A DNA stretch of 64,000 nucleotides from Oikopleura dioica (Eukaryota > Animalia > Chordata). Numbering within the stretch: the stretch's first letter is position 1; each line of letters starts with the position of its first letter. The position numbers and the translations under genes were made by a program. The notes beneath the pieces were generated by a model. That model did not search any database and was not told the origin of the DNA. It saw only the letters and a list, made by a program, of their open reading frames with translations. The DNA lies in the NCBI GenBank assembly GCA_907165135.1, contig OU015569.1, positions 3,968,001-4,032,000 of the forward strand. Reading direction: 5' to 3'. Shown piece after piece: positions 35,625 to 49,372 of this stretch.

Positions 35625-38600
35625 CTATTTTCAGTTTTGATTGGAGTATATTTCAATCTTGTAAACTTTAGAAATCTAAAGAAGACAATTATTTCGAGCG
35701 GTCAAACTCGCCAAGCTTGGCGTGCATTTTGGCGAATCAATTTCCTATAGAGGCCAAACGAACTTGGTTAGCTCGACAGGCCGTTAATTATTATGGCTAA
35801 CTTCATTAAAATAAATTGTCTTTTCGCGGAAAGAAGCGAGCCTTGATCGTGGACAGTTAATCCCGTTGTCGAAATGCGTTTTGCACGCTGTTTTCTTCGA
35901 GATGCAAGTTCACCTCGATGACACAACGAAGGAAGCCGGTTCATTTAGGATCAACGTGAATAAACACTAACTGAGATTTAATCCTTGCTTTGCGAGAAGC
36001 GGTTTGGTCGACATTTCAAGTTTCGAAAACCTCAAAGTGAATAGTCTCCACCCGTGAGGCAATTCGTTTCGATTTTCTTTCTTTCAAAACGTGTCGGGAA
36101 ACGAACTTTTCTGAGTTGTTAGTTTATGTTTTGGGAAACGTGTAGATTTGTATTTGCTTTTGAATTGGAGGTGGAAAGGGGCCGGAACGAGTCTTTGGGA
36201 TTGGGCTGATCCCTCAATCTCTCTCCAGCACCGGATGCGCCCCGATTTGATAAGGACGCCCTCATGTCCGTTTATTTTGAGCCCAAACACTTTTCGAAAT
36301 CTATTTCATTCCGCTTAGTACGGCGGCTACTAGAAAACTTTATCTTGTTGAACGCGAGGCTCTTTAAATTGAATGATCCCCGGCGCAATCCGTGATTCTC
36401 GATCCCCAATCACTGTACTCCCTCCGCGGATTAGTGCTTGTTTGAACTTAAATTTTGGATGTCGAAGAAAGACTGTTTCGGGGGAAAACTCTGGTGTTAT
36501 ATATTTGCACTCGCTTCGCTGCTTCAGTTCGTCCATTCGCCCGTTTATTATTATTTAATCGTCGTTCCTGTGAATTTATAAAAAGAAAGGCAGTTAGGTC
36601 ACCCCTCTAACATGCTTGTCCAGACAGCAGTACAGTTTACCACCCGTTTTACAAGCGAACGCAACAAAAAAAAATTATAAACTGAAAAGCTCTCAATTTA
36701 CAGGGTGATTCTCAACTCCTCCAGTTCTTGCTTTATATTGTTAATTATTATTATCAGTGAGGCGGCGGAAATAAAGAAACTTTCGAGCGAGGGAAACGCG
36801 GAATGGTAGTAACGATAACAATTTGATTCGCCTCACATTTTCATCTTTTTCGGAGGACTCGTATTTTCACAACACACGTTGGTATGTCGGCAAGTAAGCC
36901 CTTCGAAAACATATTTAACGAAAGAGGAAGCAATCTTTTCTAACGTATTTTCAGTTCTAGTGCTCGACTGCTGATAGCGCCGAAGATGTGCTCGCAGAGA
37001 GGAAGCCTGACACTCTATCCATAAGCAATTCAGTAGGCGGCTTGCTATCAGTAGTGCTTTGTAGACGATAAATCCCTCCTAGTTATCCGCACCAGAGTGG
37101 TTGCTTATTTACTCTTTGATGCGGCCATCCTCTTCTTCTTTCAAAATCTAAAAACCGTCCATTCGTCAATTGGTGATCAACGAAATTCGAACAGATGTTC
37201 TGCTTGTTTACGCACCTTGTTCGCAGTCTGAATAGTTCATTCACAAAACGTGAATGAAAACTAAATATTTTACAAAATAAAGGAGCTCCACGGCTGTGCG
37301 AAACAGATTGATAAATATTTTCGCGAAATTATGTTTCTCAGAGGAGAGGTGGAGAATTGAGCTATTTATCACCTGAGAAGCGATATTCAATTAGTTTCCG
37401 CTTCTAATTAAAGTTTAGTTATGTTTATAATATAATATTCTCGTGAAAAAGGGAATTTGCTATGGGCACAACATCACGTTATATTTCCTGCTGAAAGGAG
37501 CGCTTTCAGGCCGGGTGAGTAGATTTTGCGTTATTGCCAAAATCTTTGTATAATTGCGACGCGAGCTAGGCGCCACTTGCTTTGATATCAGTGTACTTGT
37601 TGTCTGAGTACTGACTATTGCCTTGTAAATACTCCCTCGAGGGAGCTTGTTTTGGCAGCTAGCTCTAACCAGTTGAATCAAACCACACTGGGGGTCACTT
37701 CAGCCGAACAAGGCTCCATCGCCTGCTTGCCCCAAAATAAAAACCATCAAGAAAAATATCTACGCTGATTCTTCTCAGCCCTATTTCGCCTATTCCTGCT
37801 CGTTTACAGCGAGTGGCTCACCGTTGGTAATCTGCGAAGATTTACCGAACTGGCTGATCAATGATGAGTCCATTTTGGCGGAGCGCGGTTTCACGGGCCA
37901 CTACCTTCAAGACACCTCCAAATGACCACTTCGACAACCGCCAGCTCTTTTGAACGCCTGAACGTCTCGCCGCCTGGGTTAGTTGAAGACTTCCGGGATT
38001 CCGAATCCCGGATTCGTGAGCGCGGCGAAATCGGCAAGAGTGGAACTTCAATTTCTAAAGCCATCTTTATCTCCAGCTCAAGGCTTCTAAGCTAAGGGGT
38101 GTCAAACAGCTTTTGGCGTGGCGCTTATCGCTGGGCCGGCGACAAACTTGGGTGATATAATTATTCTTCTCTGTTTTATAAAGCCAACCGTTGCACAAGA
38201 TATACGTGTTCGTCGCTTCCCATCTCGTCGCTGGCGATCTTTATCAGATGCTTTTGCCATCAAGGCGAATTTCTACTTTATATAAGCTGCGATGTCTATC
38301 TGTGAGCGCATTCGGTGAGTCAACTGAGTCTGAGAATTCGAGAAAGGTTAGCGATCACGTGGCCACAATCGATTCCAAACGCAGATGTCTGTTTATCTGC
38401 GATTGATATTTAGAAAACTTTGCTGCAACTGTTGTTTGGGCGCACAAATCGCCAAAGAGCGTTCCCACGGGCCGCCCTTGCACTAAACGTAATTGGCAAT
38501 CGCTAAAGAGCATTCACGCTCGAGCAGTAATTGTTGAGATGCTTGCACGTTTTCGAGCTTGAAATGAGCAACAAAGAAAAAGTGTTTTTTACGACGGTGC

Positions 38601-41600
38601 CCCCACTTTGTAGTCAAGGAGGAAGACTCTTAATTACAGTGAGGAGAACCAAGGTCGAACAAGTACTTTTATTAAAAACAGGCTCGACAATTAATTCGCA
38701 AATTGGATTACAATTTCGCAGCAATCAATTAATTTTGAGCACCGTGAACGTGGTATTTTTGATCAGGGCCCATTCGTAACCCTTTTTGAAAAATAAAATC
38801 GTCATAAGTGACGAGATCTTCGTCGCGTGATAGATTACGTTTAGAAGGAGTTTGACCTTCTCTTACTAGTGCGTCCAGCGGTTAGCAGCTCTTTCCCACC
38901 CTGATTGTCAATCGAAGCGCACTACTTATTCGTGCAAGTGGGAAATATAGGAATGGTTGTTCTAGCTCATTTTTTTCATTATCAATGTAAGAAAAGTTGT
39001 GCTTCAAAGCTCTTGAAAGAGAGCTTCATGTTGCTTGGACAAGTCTCAATTTTGTCATCGAGTGTCCTCGCGCCACTTCCTTCACGGTGAACCATCCGGT
39101 TAAGCCGACAGGCGAACACTTACCCGAGCACTCTCCAATGCGCTACTCAGAATAAATATACCGAGCTTTTTCAACTCGCCGCACTTTCTAACCTCCAGGA
39201 ACTCACTCCAGAAGAACACAAACCTATGATGTATTTTCAACCTCTTCAAGTTTTTTATAGAACGCGAACCTGTGACATATTCCAAAGCCAATATATAAGA
39301 TTCAACTGGGTAGAGATAAATGAGGTCAATTAGTCAAAAAATTCTGCTGAAAACTTAAATTCATCCCCTGCTGTCGCCAGAAAACGGATCGCGGCTTACT
39401 TTTTATTCATTGATGTCAAGACGAGGAATATATTATCACCTTGATGAATAAAATTGAAAATATGAATCGCTAGTCAAAAGTAAATTTAATATTTGTCGAC
39501 GGAGAGAAAGTTGAAGGCTGGCTCGTGGCTGTCACGTGATGTGCAACTAGCTTTTAGCTTGATCCCCGAGTCTTTTGCGGGGATGGGTGTAACCGGAATT
39601 CGCTAATTTGTTGCTGGAAAAGGCGAGTGGCCGGTGCGCTTCGCCGAAGCTGTGTGCTGGTGACCACTTCAATTTCAAACCATTCAATCAAGCCACACTA
39701 CGGACTAATCAATTTCAAGCGCGAGAAGACATTGTCTTCGAGGAGCTTCACTGACCTTGGCCGGTTATGCACTGTGCCAGATTGTATTGCTCTAATCTGG
39801 AGGCGCACAGGCCAAGTTCTGCCAGCTCTAAGGAGCGCGCTTCGACCACAGATTTTAATACGAGATCAAGTAGGCGCACCTGCATCTCGTTCCTTAAAAT
39901 TCCAGCCAGCATTATGTGGTCTTACATGTCAGTGCGGTTCTTCTTTTGACCTCACGCCGCCGATTTCGCATCATTAATACTGACTCATCAGCCACAGTAT
40001 CTGTGTTCCGTCTTCAGTCTTTAACCTGTTCCTGGAACCGCGAATAGCAAAAGAACAGATTCTAAAACTATTTCATCAATTCGTCGATCAGAAAATAGAA
40101 ATATTTTAATTATGAGCCTGTATATGACCGAAAAACGTCTACAGCGGTAGTTACTAAAGGTGCGAGCCAAATGCCGTTTGGCATCTTTTCTTGCGTGCCT
40201 ATTTCAGCTGTATATTCGGCTAGTATCTATACTGTCTCATTCTAAATTCACGTGTTCGCCGAAAAAGAGTGATTTTTACGGTTTTAGGAAGTACGTCATC
40301 GCTATTCTTGTGTTGCAAAATGAAAGTGAGCTCAGTTGGCCGAGCGAGGTTATCTGGAATTCCTGGGATGATCTTCGAAGTGTCCCTCTTCTGGGCGCAA
40401 TTGGTGAAGGAATTGGCGACGTGCCTCGTCAAAATTAGAACGTTCGCTCCGCGCCTAAACTTACATAACAACGCCTTTATCACTTCACTCATCCTTTTCT
40501 TCGACTTTCACGGAAGAAAGTTATTTTTTCTCGAGGAAGGAAATTGCGCGCTGTCACTTGAGTTCGAATTAGAACTTGTGAAGAAAAAGGTATTTTGTTT
40601 CATTTGTTGCCCGTTTCCGGCTTTGAGGATGACGTTGCGACAGGTGCGTAGTCTTGTGTTTTCACGCTGCCAGTTGAGGATAACCCGCGTCATTTTGTAC
40701 GTTTAGGACGACGACCTTCTAACGTGGAAAAGATATCAAACTCGCAATTGGCACTAATAGAGATGCTCAAAATACAGGAAAAACTATTATTTCAAAGTGC
40801 TTTTGCAACAAGGCGCCGCTAAACTATCAGCCAGCGGATATATTCCTCTCTGCCGCAACAAGTTTATGTGGTCTTAATCTCCTTCGCTCAATGTTTTACA
40901 CTCATGTACCTGTTACTCGTAATCCTTAATTTTCGCTTTAAAAATGATCCAGTCGGTTTCTTGCTAGATTCACAAGATTCGCGTAATATAAACATTCCTT
41001 CTCAAAAATTCAAACCAACATTGAGTCCTTCTTACGCAAATTTTCAAATGGAAATTACTCTCGATTTGACTCCATTCTAGAGCCGTTATTTTTAGCTTTG
41101 CCTGAGTGCCAAGATCAATGAAATTAATTAACATTCTGACAATCAAAAATAGAAAGTGTTTTTCTCAACTTAGAGGCTTTACTTTGAACTTTGCTTTGTC
41201 TATTTGGGGTGAAATTATTTGATTGATTAGTAACAAGGAACACGTCGCCGGAAAACAACGCTGTTCTGGTGATCAATATTCGAGTGCGAGCACTGCCGCC
41301 CGTTTTGAATACAAGTTGTTGTCTTTAATCTAATTGATAAGCTTACAAGGGTAACGCCTTAGATGGCGCGCGGACAGTGTCCTTTCGACATCGTTAGGAT
41401 TAGCAGCAGCATAAGCCTCCTGCGATTCAAATATTATTGGAACATTTATGAGCCGATAGAAGGCTGACGCAAGCTGAGCTTGAATTCATATTTCGGCGAT
41501 GAACACGTTGTTTGTCGCCCCTGTGGTGCTAATCGCGCTAACAAACAAACGCTCCGCTTTACAGTGGTCTTACTCAGCTCGTAAGGTTGAAGCTTTCGAG

Positions 41601-44600
41601 GAGAGTGACGCTGGAAGGCGCTGGCGAGCTTCACAAAGTGCTCCCATGCTCTCAGCTTGGGTGCTGGTGGCAGCGGGGTCGCTCCGGCGCACGGTATGGC
41701 GGCGGACCCGCCCTTCAGCACCAAAAATTTTCCCGTGATGACTGGCACCACCACCACCACTCCTGCCCTCTTACAACTCGACCTGCGCTTTAGTCGTTTT
41801 CATATTTCCCCCGTTGGTGTAACTTTTACTAACCCCACTAGAGACTTTCAGAAGATACAGATTTCATTCTAGAGAGAGAGCGCGAATTAAACAGAGCTTC
41901 ACAACGAAGAGTGCGTCAAAAAGAAAGCGAGAAAAATAAAAATGAAAAGATGGAAAAATCACAAAAAAAGGATCAGTCAAGTATTTGCTTCTAGAGATAA
42001 AAATTTTCAAGCTCGCCCGAAAATAATCACTCAAGTATGATAGCTTAAATTTTATTTTTTTTCTTCACATCTGGGAAAATAAATTGCTTTGGGATTGATT
42101 AGATATAATTTAAAATTTATCTAGAATTTGGCTTTGATGATTTCTTGTTGCGTAAGTTGGCGCGCAAGTGGAGGGCCTGACCTAGCAGTACCAGTTTGAG
42201 GTCAAATAAAGGGTAGTGAGAAAAGCGTTTGTTGTGTGGGGAGCGCTGACTTCTTGTCGCCAAGTTTTTACTGAAAATATAAAATATATTGATTGGCCTC
42301 GACCACCCTGCCCACCCCAGAAACTCCACCATTGCAAACACTCATCAAATATTCTACTAATAAGTTAGATAAACGAAGACAAAATCTCATTTCTAAACAG
42401 TCTTTGAATTGATCTATTTTTTAAAAACTAAGAAAGGCAAATGGTACAGTCTATGGTTTAAAAATTGTCGATCCTTGTCGCGATTAGTTTTTAAAAATAC
42501 GTGTTCAGTGAGGCACGTTAGTTTAGTCTGAAAATGGAGCTTAGCGAGAGTGATGTTCCGTCAGTGAGTAGCAGTGTCTTTGGCCTGCGGAATCCTATAA
42601 TATTCGTGTTTGGCCGTCACACCAAGAGGCAATTTATGCACAGCGGCTACCTCACGAGGTGATCATCACCGTACCATTTTCGCCGATCCCCTTCACTTCC
42701 AAATAATGCTATCCACAAGGCGAAATCTCCCCTCAGATTCCTCTTCTCTTGCTAAGATATTATCAAAAGAACTTCAAAAATAAGAATACTTAAAATATTC
42801 TAAAATGATCGAATAGTATCGAGCGATCCGCTAAGAACTGATGAAAACAGTCAAAGATACTAGCATACACGTTATTTGCTTCAGATGATCGACTTGTGTG
42901 ATACAGCGAGAGGCGAAATAGGGAGCAAGAGAAGAAGCCAATTAGGGTAGCGAATTAGGAAGAAATTACTTGCTCCAGAGTACCACTTACTCAAATTTAG
43001 GCTCGGCTCGGTGACGCTTCTCCTCGTTTCTGATTTACATATTTCACGAAAGGCGGTGAAAGTCTTGTCAATAATCCTCGAATCACACTCGAGTGGAAAT
43101 TAGAGCCAATGGAGCTTTCATGCGCAATCAAATGTACCCGTAATCCAATGATAGGCATTTCCTAATCTTCCCTCTTGAATTATGAGTCCTCGTTTTGTGA
43201 AAGTTATTCTACTTTTGGGAAATTTAAATTTTCGAAAATTCTTTGAGAATCAAATGAAATGTGACGAGCGTTGCGCGAATTCCATATTCGCACAGATGTG
43301 GCAAGCTACAGTGAACTTTTTTGGACGCATGTTCCAGTAAGCCAGAAGCACTTTTTCAAAAGGGTCGAAATGGAAACAAGCTAAAAAGGGGGCAAGTAAA
43401 GAAGAAGAAAGTTTTGTTGAGCCTGTCAGCCTTGTCATCGCGTGGGAAATAGGGGCAGAGATTGATGTCCAAAGTGACTGTTATACCCTTAAAAGGCAAA
43501 GACAACTCTGTCAAGCCCAGAACTCGGCGAGTAGTGCGGGTCTCGCGTATTTGCCAGCCTCGTTCAAGCCAAAAACAAGCGTTTCGTTTAACTCATGACG
43601 TGTGATAAAGTTTCCGATAGTCTCAAAAATTCACCCCATAGATTTTGTTCTTAAATTTTGATGAATCTTATCTGTCTCGTTTGTAAGATCTACTTTCTAA
43701 CTTATTGTTATTAAACTCACTTTCTCTAGCAATTTTAATTTTGAAGATTGAGTGCTTATTCATCATTTCTAAATCTTTTCTTATTGAATTTCGAAAGACA
43801 ATTACTAAACGTACAGAAGGGATTTTTCTACTTCTGCTAGTGTGTCGGATTCGGGCGCCACTTCCATTTCTAATCCGCTCTGGCGGCCTTTTTTGATCCT
43901 CTTTGACTTTCCCTTTTCGCTTTCCGCAAAGTACTCTGCGAGCGTGAAACGCTTTTGTAAAGTTTTTTTCATTTTAAGCGTGTTCCACCGCTGAGAAGCG
44001 GTCGACTTAATGCCCAGCTTATGGCAATTTACTGCCAGAAACGCTGACTTACACTCCTTTTCTGTTAATTGCCCCTTCTTGTGAAATGCTCTCGACTAAC
44101 CAAATCCCATTCTAGATTGACAAATCGACTCGGCTCGTCATAGACTCTTTATTTTTCTAACGCTAACTCTATTAACTTAAATCTACTGGACAAAGCAAAC
44201 ATACATTCTTGTATCCAGTCGCTTGTAAATACTGCTGAATAGATATATATCGTTTTGTATAAGCTTTTGAGCGTTTCTATAAAAGTTCGTTTTTTTTTAT
44301 TTATTTCCGCGGCACGTTTAAAAACGTTAAAGACGAGTTTTAAATCGAAGTTTTAAATACTTCTTTATTAGAAAATAACGAAAACGAATTAAATAATTAT
44401 AATTTAAGGAGCTAGAATAAGAGTTTAGTTTTGCTGGAGTCTATATCTTAAACAAGAGCGTTTTGAACTAAGGAAGGTTTCGTAAATTAACATCGAGCAT
44501 TATCAATCTGACGAAATTCGATTGTTGGCGAGTGCCACGAAAATATCAACGAAAACCTCGAAAGAGACTCAACTACAGTAAGCGATTTCTTTTGATTATT

Positions 44601-44759
44601 AAAAAAGGCAGTCCGCTTGCCGCGCACTCATCAGTGAAGCGCCGCCAAGTGGCGAAGCCATAAATTATGGCCCATAATTGAACACTTGGATAATTTTTTC
44701 TTCTCTCGCGGAAGATTTTGTTGACTAAACTAACATTCAGAGGTTTTTAACTCTTACAG

Positions 44760-47752
44760 TCTGAAACTGCAACCGGCGTGAAGGACATCGCGAAGGTAAA
44801 TTTTAAAAAGTCGTACATTAGTTCGGGATGTCCTGAGCCCACCGGCACTATGAAGACCCTGAACCAGCCAGAAGAGAAGTACAGAATATAAAAACTTTCA
44901 ATCTGGGTTCTTAGAAGGTACTCAAGTCGCGTCTCTCTTTTGTAACGTTCGGGCTAGGTTATGTCTGCGATTCTAAGACGCAGTCGAACAGTTTGTGATG
45001 TTCGACCCGAGTGTGACGAGCTAGCTTCGTCCTCTTCCAAGTCTGTTAATGGCAAAAGAAAGAAGAGTATCCTGGGGAAGCTTTTCCGCTCATTTTCAAA
45101 GCTTGGCAAACGGAAACAATTCCAATCTCAACAGCAACTAAATGAAGAGCAGCTCGTCGCTCAGTCCGAAAGCGGCATCGTCGGCATTGCCCAGGCAAGC
45201 CAATGCCTAGAAAACGCGGGCCGAAATGATCAGACGCCAGGCTCAGACTCGGCATCGACAGGCTACGTCTCTGAAGGTAAAAATATTCATTTTTTGCATC
45301 ATTTAAAATGTTTGATTGAATCACGTTTGCACGTTCTAACTCTCATTGAGTTCCTCGACAGCGCTAACTGATCTGTCTAAATATTAGTCGCCCGTTCAAG
45401 CCTCATTTTTCTTATCAAATCACTAATATTTTCAAACAGGTTCATCGAGACGAGCAGGTAATTGTGCTGCGGCCCGTCTCTCTGTCGATTTGGAGAAGGA
45501 AAACAAACTGGCGCGACGGGCACACGCACGCTTTAGGTCAGACGACTCCGAAACAAGCAATGGCAACAACTTCCTACGTAACAGGTATGCAAGCGTGCAC
45601 CTCTGTGCAGCAATTAACTGGGAATGATAAGGGAGCACGGGCGTGTTCGCACGCGAAACATGCACGTTTTTACGTTACGATCGTCAGACACGGACTTGGA
45701 CAGAGACGAGACGGACCTTAACACGGACGAAGAACGCGACTCGTCAGTCTACACCGAGTCCGACTCGTCGTCCTCAGATTCCTTCTACTCGACGGACTCG
45801 TCATCCGACTCTGAGCCCTCGCAGCGCGGGCGGCGAGGAATGGCCCGTAGTGTGCGTCCGCGCAGGTCGCGGTCCGCGCTGCCCACCATTGAGCGCACGA
45901 CATCATCATTTGTTCGCTCGACACGCTTCCAGAAAGAACGGACAAGTCGAGCAGAAAACGAGTGAACAGACGCCAAGCGAGACGAACTGGACTCCAAGTG
46001 CACCAAGTCCAGCGTTGAGGGCGCGAATCCTCCAGCTAGAACTCGGCGACACTATCCCAACAGATGCGGAGTCAGTCAACTCAAAAGAACCAGTTTCCCC
46101 GAAACTGAGCGAGAAGATCACCGGCTCGCCTAAAAACGGTGCCGTCAAAAACATCGCCGCAAAGTTCACATTCGAGGAAAGTCAGTCCAATGAAGATCGA
46201 CTAGAGTTTCTCGGCAGATCAAAGGCACGGAATTTAATTTCCTAAAAAGCAGTATCTCTGAGTCTTTAGAGTTTAATTTCGTAAAATCAACCCCCGCTAA
46301 ATAGGATTTTTATGCGCCCACATCTTTAATAGATTTAATTTCAAAGCGAAATCAATTTCAGCGGGTGCGGAGGAATCGATTGACTTTTCAAATAAATATG
46401 CGATCAGTTTTACGGAATCTTGACGGGATTCGTATTCTAAAGAAGCGTTCCCCGTTTTGACAGGAGCAGCTTCCACATCAACAGCGTCCGCGTTAGAAAC
46501 ATAATCACTGACGTAATCATTACACCAAATTAACTGACTAGCTAAATCTAAATAAGTACTTATTAAAAATTCCAAAAAGTCCGTTGCACCTATTCTTGCA
46601 ACACCAATTATGCGTAAGAATCGCGTCTTGGAGAAGTTTGCGCCGAATCTGGATCTAGAGCAGAGCTCGCAAAGTTCAGACAAAGAGACTCCGCAATTAG
46701 AAAAGCCACAAGCTCTTCGACGTACTCAGAGCACAAAGATCTTGGACCTGGCGGCAAGTCTGTTCCAGCCGGGAGACGAAATCCAGACAGGCGAGAAGAA
46801 GTCACCCATCGTGGAGAAGAAGGCCGCCAGCAAGAGTCAGGTCTCGCGTAGTCAGACGATGAAGCTGTTGAGCCCGCCCATGCAGGCTCGGCGACAGAGT
46901 CAGGACTCATTCATCCGCGAGCTGCTCGAAATGGCCAAGACTGACTCTGGAACGAGTCCATTGGGTCAGAAGTCGAAGGAGGTGAGCGAATTGATCACAG
47001 TAGCCCATTTTTAATGGCAATTCAGATAAACGACTTCAAAAGTCAAATCTCCATGGCGTCGACAAAGATAATCCGCCGCAAAACTATGACCTCCGCAGAC
47101 GTTGTCGAGACTGAAAAACTGTCCAAACCGACTTCAAAAACGAGGGCTCACTCTGTCGGGCTCAACTCTTCCTCCAACCAGAAGGCCTTCCAGCCTTTCA
47201 ATGCGACTGCTGAGCTAGGTAAGTGGTCCTATTTGACCCGGGGAGGCAAAGTGAGTGGTGTAGAATTAACCAGGTTAGAAAATGACCCTAAAATAGGTAT
47301 TCAGTTTTGCGCTCGAGTTCGCTTAATGTATTTGTTTCGAAACATGCAAAAACTTTAACAAGGTTATTCCGGACTTTCGAGTGAAATGGTAATCGCCCAC
47401 AGACGTGTGAAATCTGGTCAGTTCTAATGAGATGAACTCAGCTTTGGAGCGGTTTTACCACATCTTAAACTAAAATAATTTTCAGCTAGAATCAAATCGC
47501 CCAAGCCAAAATTTTAAGTGAGCGCTTGTCTAACGAAATAAATACGCTCACCACTTTCATCCTCAGAAATACTTTTTCAACTGCAATTTAGACCCGTTCG
47601 TGGAAGAGATCTTGGCGAATAAGACCGTACCTGAGACGGTAAAACAGAAGATCCGCGAAGAGTGCTGGTCCTTGTTTAACGACCCCAAGACGCCCAAGGG
47701 TGTCAAGCAGTGCATCCTCAACACAATGATGACCAAGAGTCAGAACGAGTAG
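44760..47752 (+). CDS. Large Ser/Arg/Asp-rich unknown protein; 5' exons lie further upstream
   Basis: Phase-0 exon 44760-44795 (SETATGVKDIAK) splices to VMSAILRRS. Further exons at 45439-45585, 45630-45962, 46000-46225, 46610-46981, 47026-47218 and a final exon DPFVEEILANK...ECWSLFNDPKTPKGVKQCILNTMMTKSQNE* (stop 47750-47752). Confidence 0.65.
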
Positions 47753-47952
47753 ACCCAGTGTCATCCACCGCCGCGTCTTCTACCCTTACGTTACAGTAAT
47801 GATAGTCGATTCCCGAAACACAACAACAACAACAAACACACGACCCTCTCGAGTGAATTCTTCCTTTTGTAAAATTCTTGTTTCAAAAATTTCCCATTTG
47901 TTTTCTGTTCACCTTTTGTCTTTTTATACAAGCACCCACCCGAAAATCACGA

Positions 47953-48270
47953 CTAGATACGACATCTCATAGAGCCACCAAATGAGTTCAGTTTTGCACT
48001 TGCCCCTAATCCCAGATGCTGTATGCCAGACGGCCTCGATTTTAGCTGAAAGCCCATGTTACAGAATTCTTTGGAGTTTTGGGAATCCAGCCGCGTCGGG
48101 GAGCGCGTACTGGTACTTTTGGGTAAGGGGCACGTTTTCCAGTTAAACGTGATCGTAACGCTAGAGACCATATGATTAGAACTTTTAAGGTTCAGCCAGC
48201 TCCACTTATCAGCAGTTTTTGACATTTCGCCAGAGAGCGTCCACTTAGGCACGTGACACTGCCCGACACT
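47953..48270 (-). CDS. Possible terminal coding exon of an unresolved gene
   Basis: Trp/Cys-containing frame SVGQCHVPKWTLSGEMSKTADKWSWL preceded by an acceptor TTTTACAG. No domain recognised. Confidence 0.25.
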   Translation of the reverse strand, partial: SVGQCHVPKWTLSGEMSKTADKWSWLNLKSSNHMVSSVTITFNWKTCPLPKSTSTRSPTRLDSQNSKEFCNMGFQLKSRPSGIQHLGLGASAKLNSFGGSMRCRI

Positions 48271-48688
48271 GTAAAATAATAATGTTAAATGCTTTTCCTT
48301 GCGTCTGGCTGGTTTCGCGCGAGCCGGAGTTCCGCACCCGCACGAAGCTAGTCAGACGCCAGTACCCCCGAAATGTCAACGCTGCGATCAGTCGGAGAAT
48401 TTATTGATGTTCCTAATTGATGTCCCGCCCCAGCAATAATTAACAATCTTCTTCTTTTGCCAAACATTCAAACTCGACACTTTCAAATTGAAAATCAAGG
48501 CACAAGAGACGTTGTTGACTTCACTTGAACCGAAAATCCTTTTTTAATAAACTCCAAGTACATTTGACACTTTTTCTTTTTCTTTTGTCTTTTGAAATTG
48601 TCTCATACAGCAGGTGCACTTTTGCAACATTCTAAATCGCAATCGACGCGGGCCAAACTCAACACGCAACTTGCGAAGCTCCATTTAA

Positions 48689-49372
48689 GGGATCCCCCGT
48701 TTTGGCCATTTTCAACTGGAAATTCAGCCGATTTGAGCTGATGAATTGGGGCGTATAATATCTCTACGGATAGCCCAGGTGCTATCCGCTATTCTCTAGT
48801 ACAGAGAAGTTTTTTGCTCAAGGCAAACCTACCACTAGGAGGGGCCAAAGCTCGACATTTTCGAAAAAACCCCATTTTAGGCCATTTTTGAATCGAAATT
48901 TAGCCAAATTGGGCTTAGATAGACGCAATCTGAAACACGATTCTGAAAGAATAGAGCCTTATCTACAATCTCTAGTACAGAGAACTTTTTTGGCCAAGTA
49001 AGAAAAAAAAACTCTTAAGAAGAACTTTTTGATGCTACTTTAGCCCTTTTCTGGCTTTAATTAGCTCTCTAGCGCCAATATATGGCCAAAAATTCTAGTG
49101 CGGTCATCATATTCTTTCTCCTTGCATTCTTAGCTATCGATAGACCCCTTATTCGTCTGTTTTTGTTGACATTGAAAAGTGGAAAAAAATTTCAATTTTC
49201 ACGATAAGTACAATTTATATGCATTTTTACGACTTTCGAGGGCCAGAATTCCGGGTAAAGATGTTCGTAAAGGGGAAGTATGATACATCAAAATGATCCT
49301 CAGAACATGGGAAATCTAAATATGCTATAAAGGGGCCCCCTGATAAAGAGTTGAAAAAACAGGGGGGATCCC
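48689..49372. mobile_element. 684-bp non-autonomous element with TTAA TSD and GG termini (Kolobok-like)
   Basis: TIR GGGATCCCCC(G)TTTT versus GGGATCCCCCCTGTTTT. TTAA at 48685-48688 and 49373-49376. Internal direct repeat CTCTAGTACAGAGAA at about 48794 and 48970. Confidence 0.85.

Noticed and set aside
42416-42498. 14-bp inverted repeat TTTTTAAAAACTAA
   Set aside because: Low-complexity A/T sequence with no target duplication.
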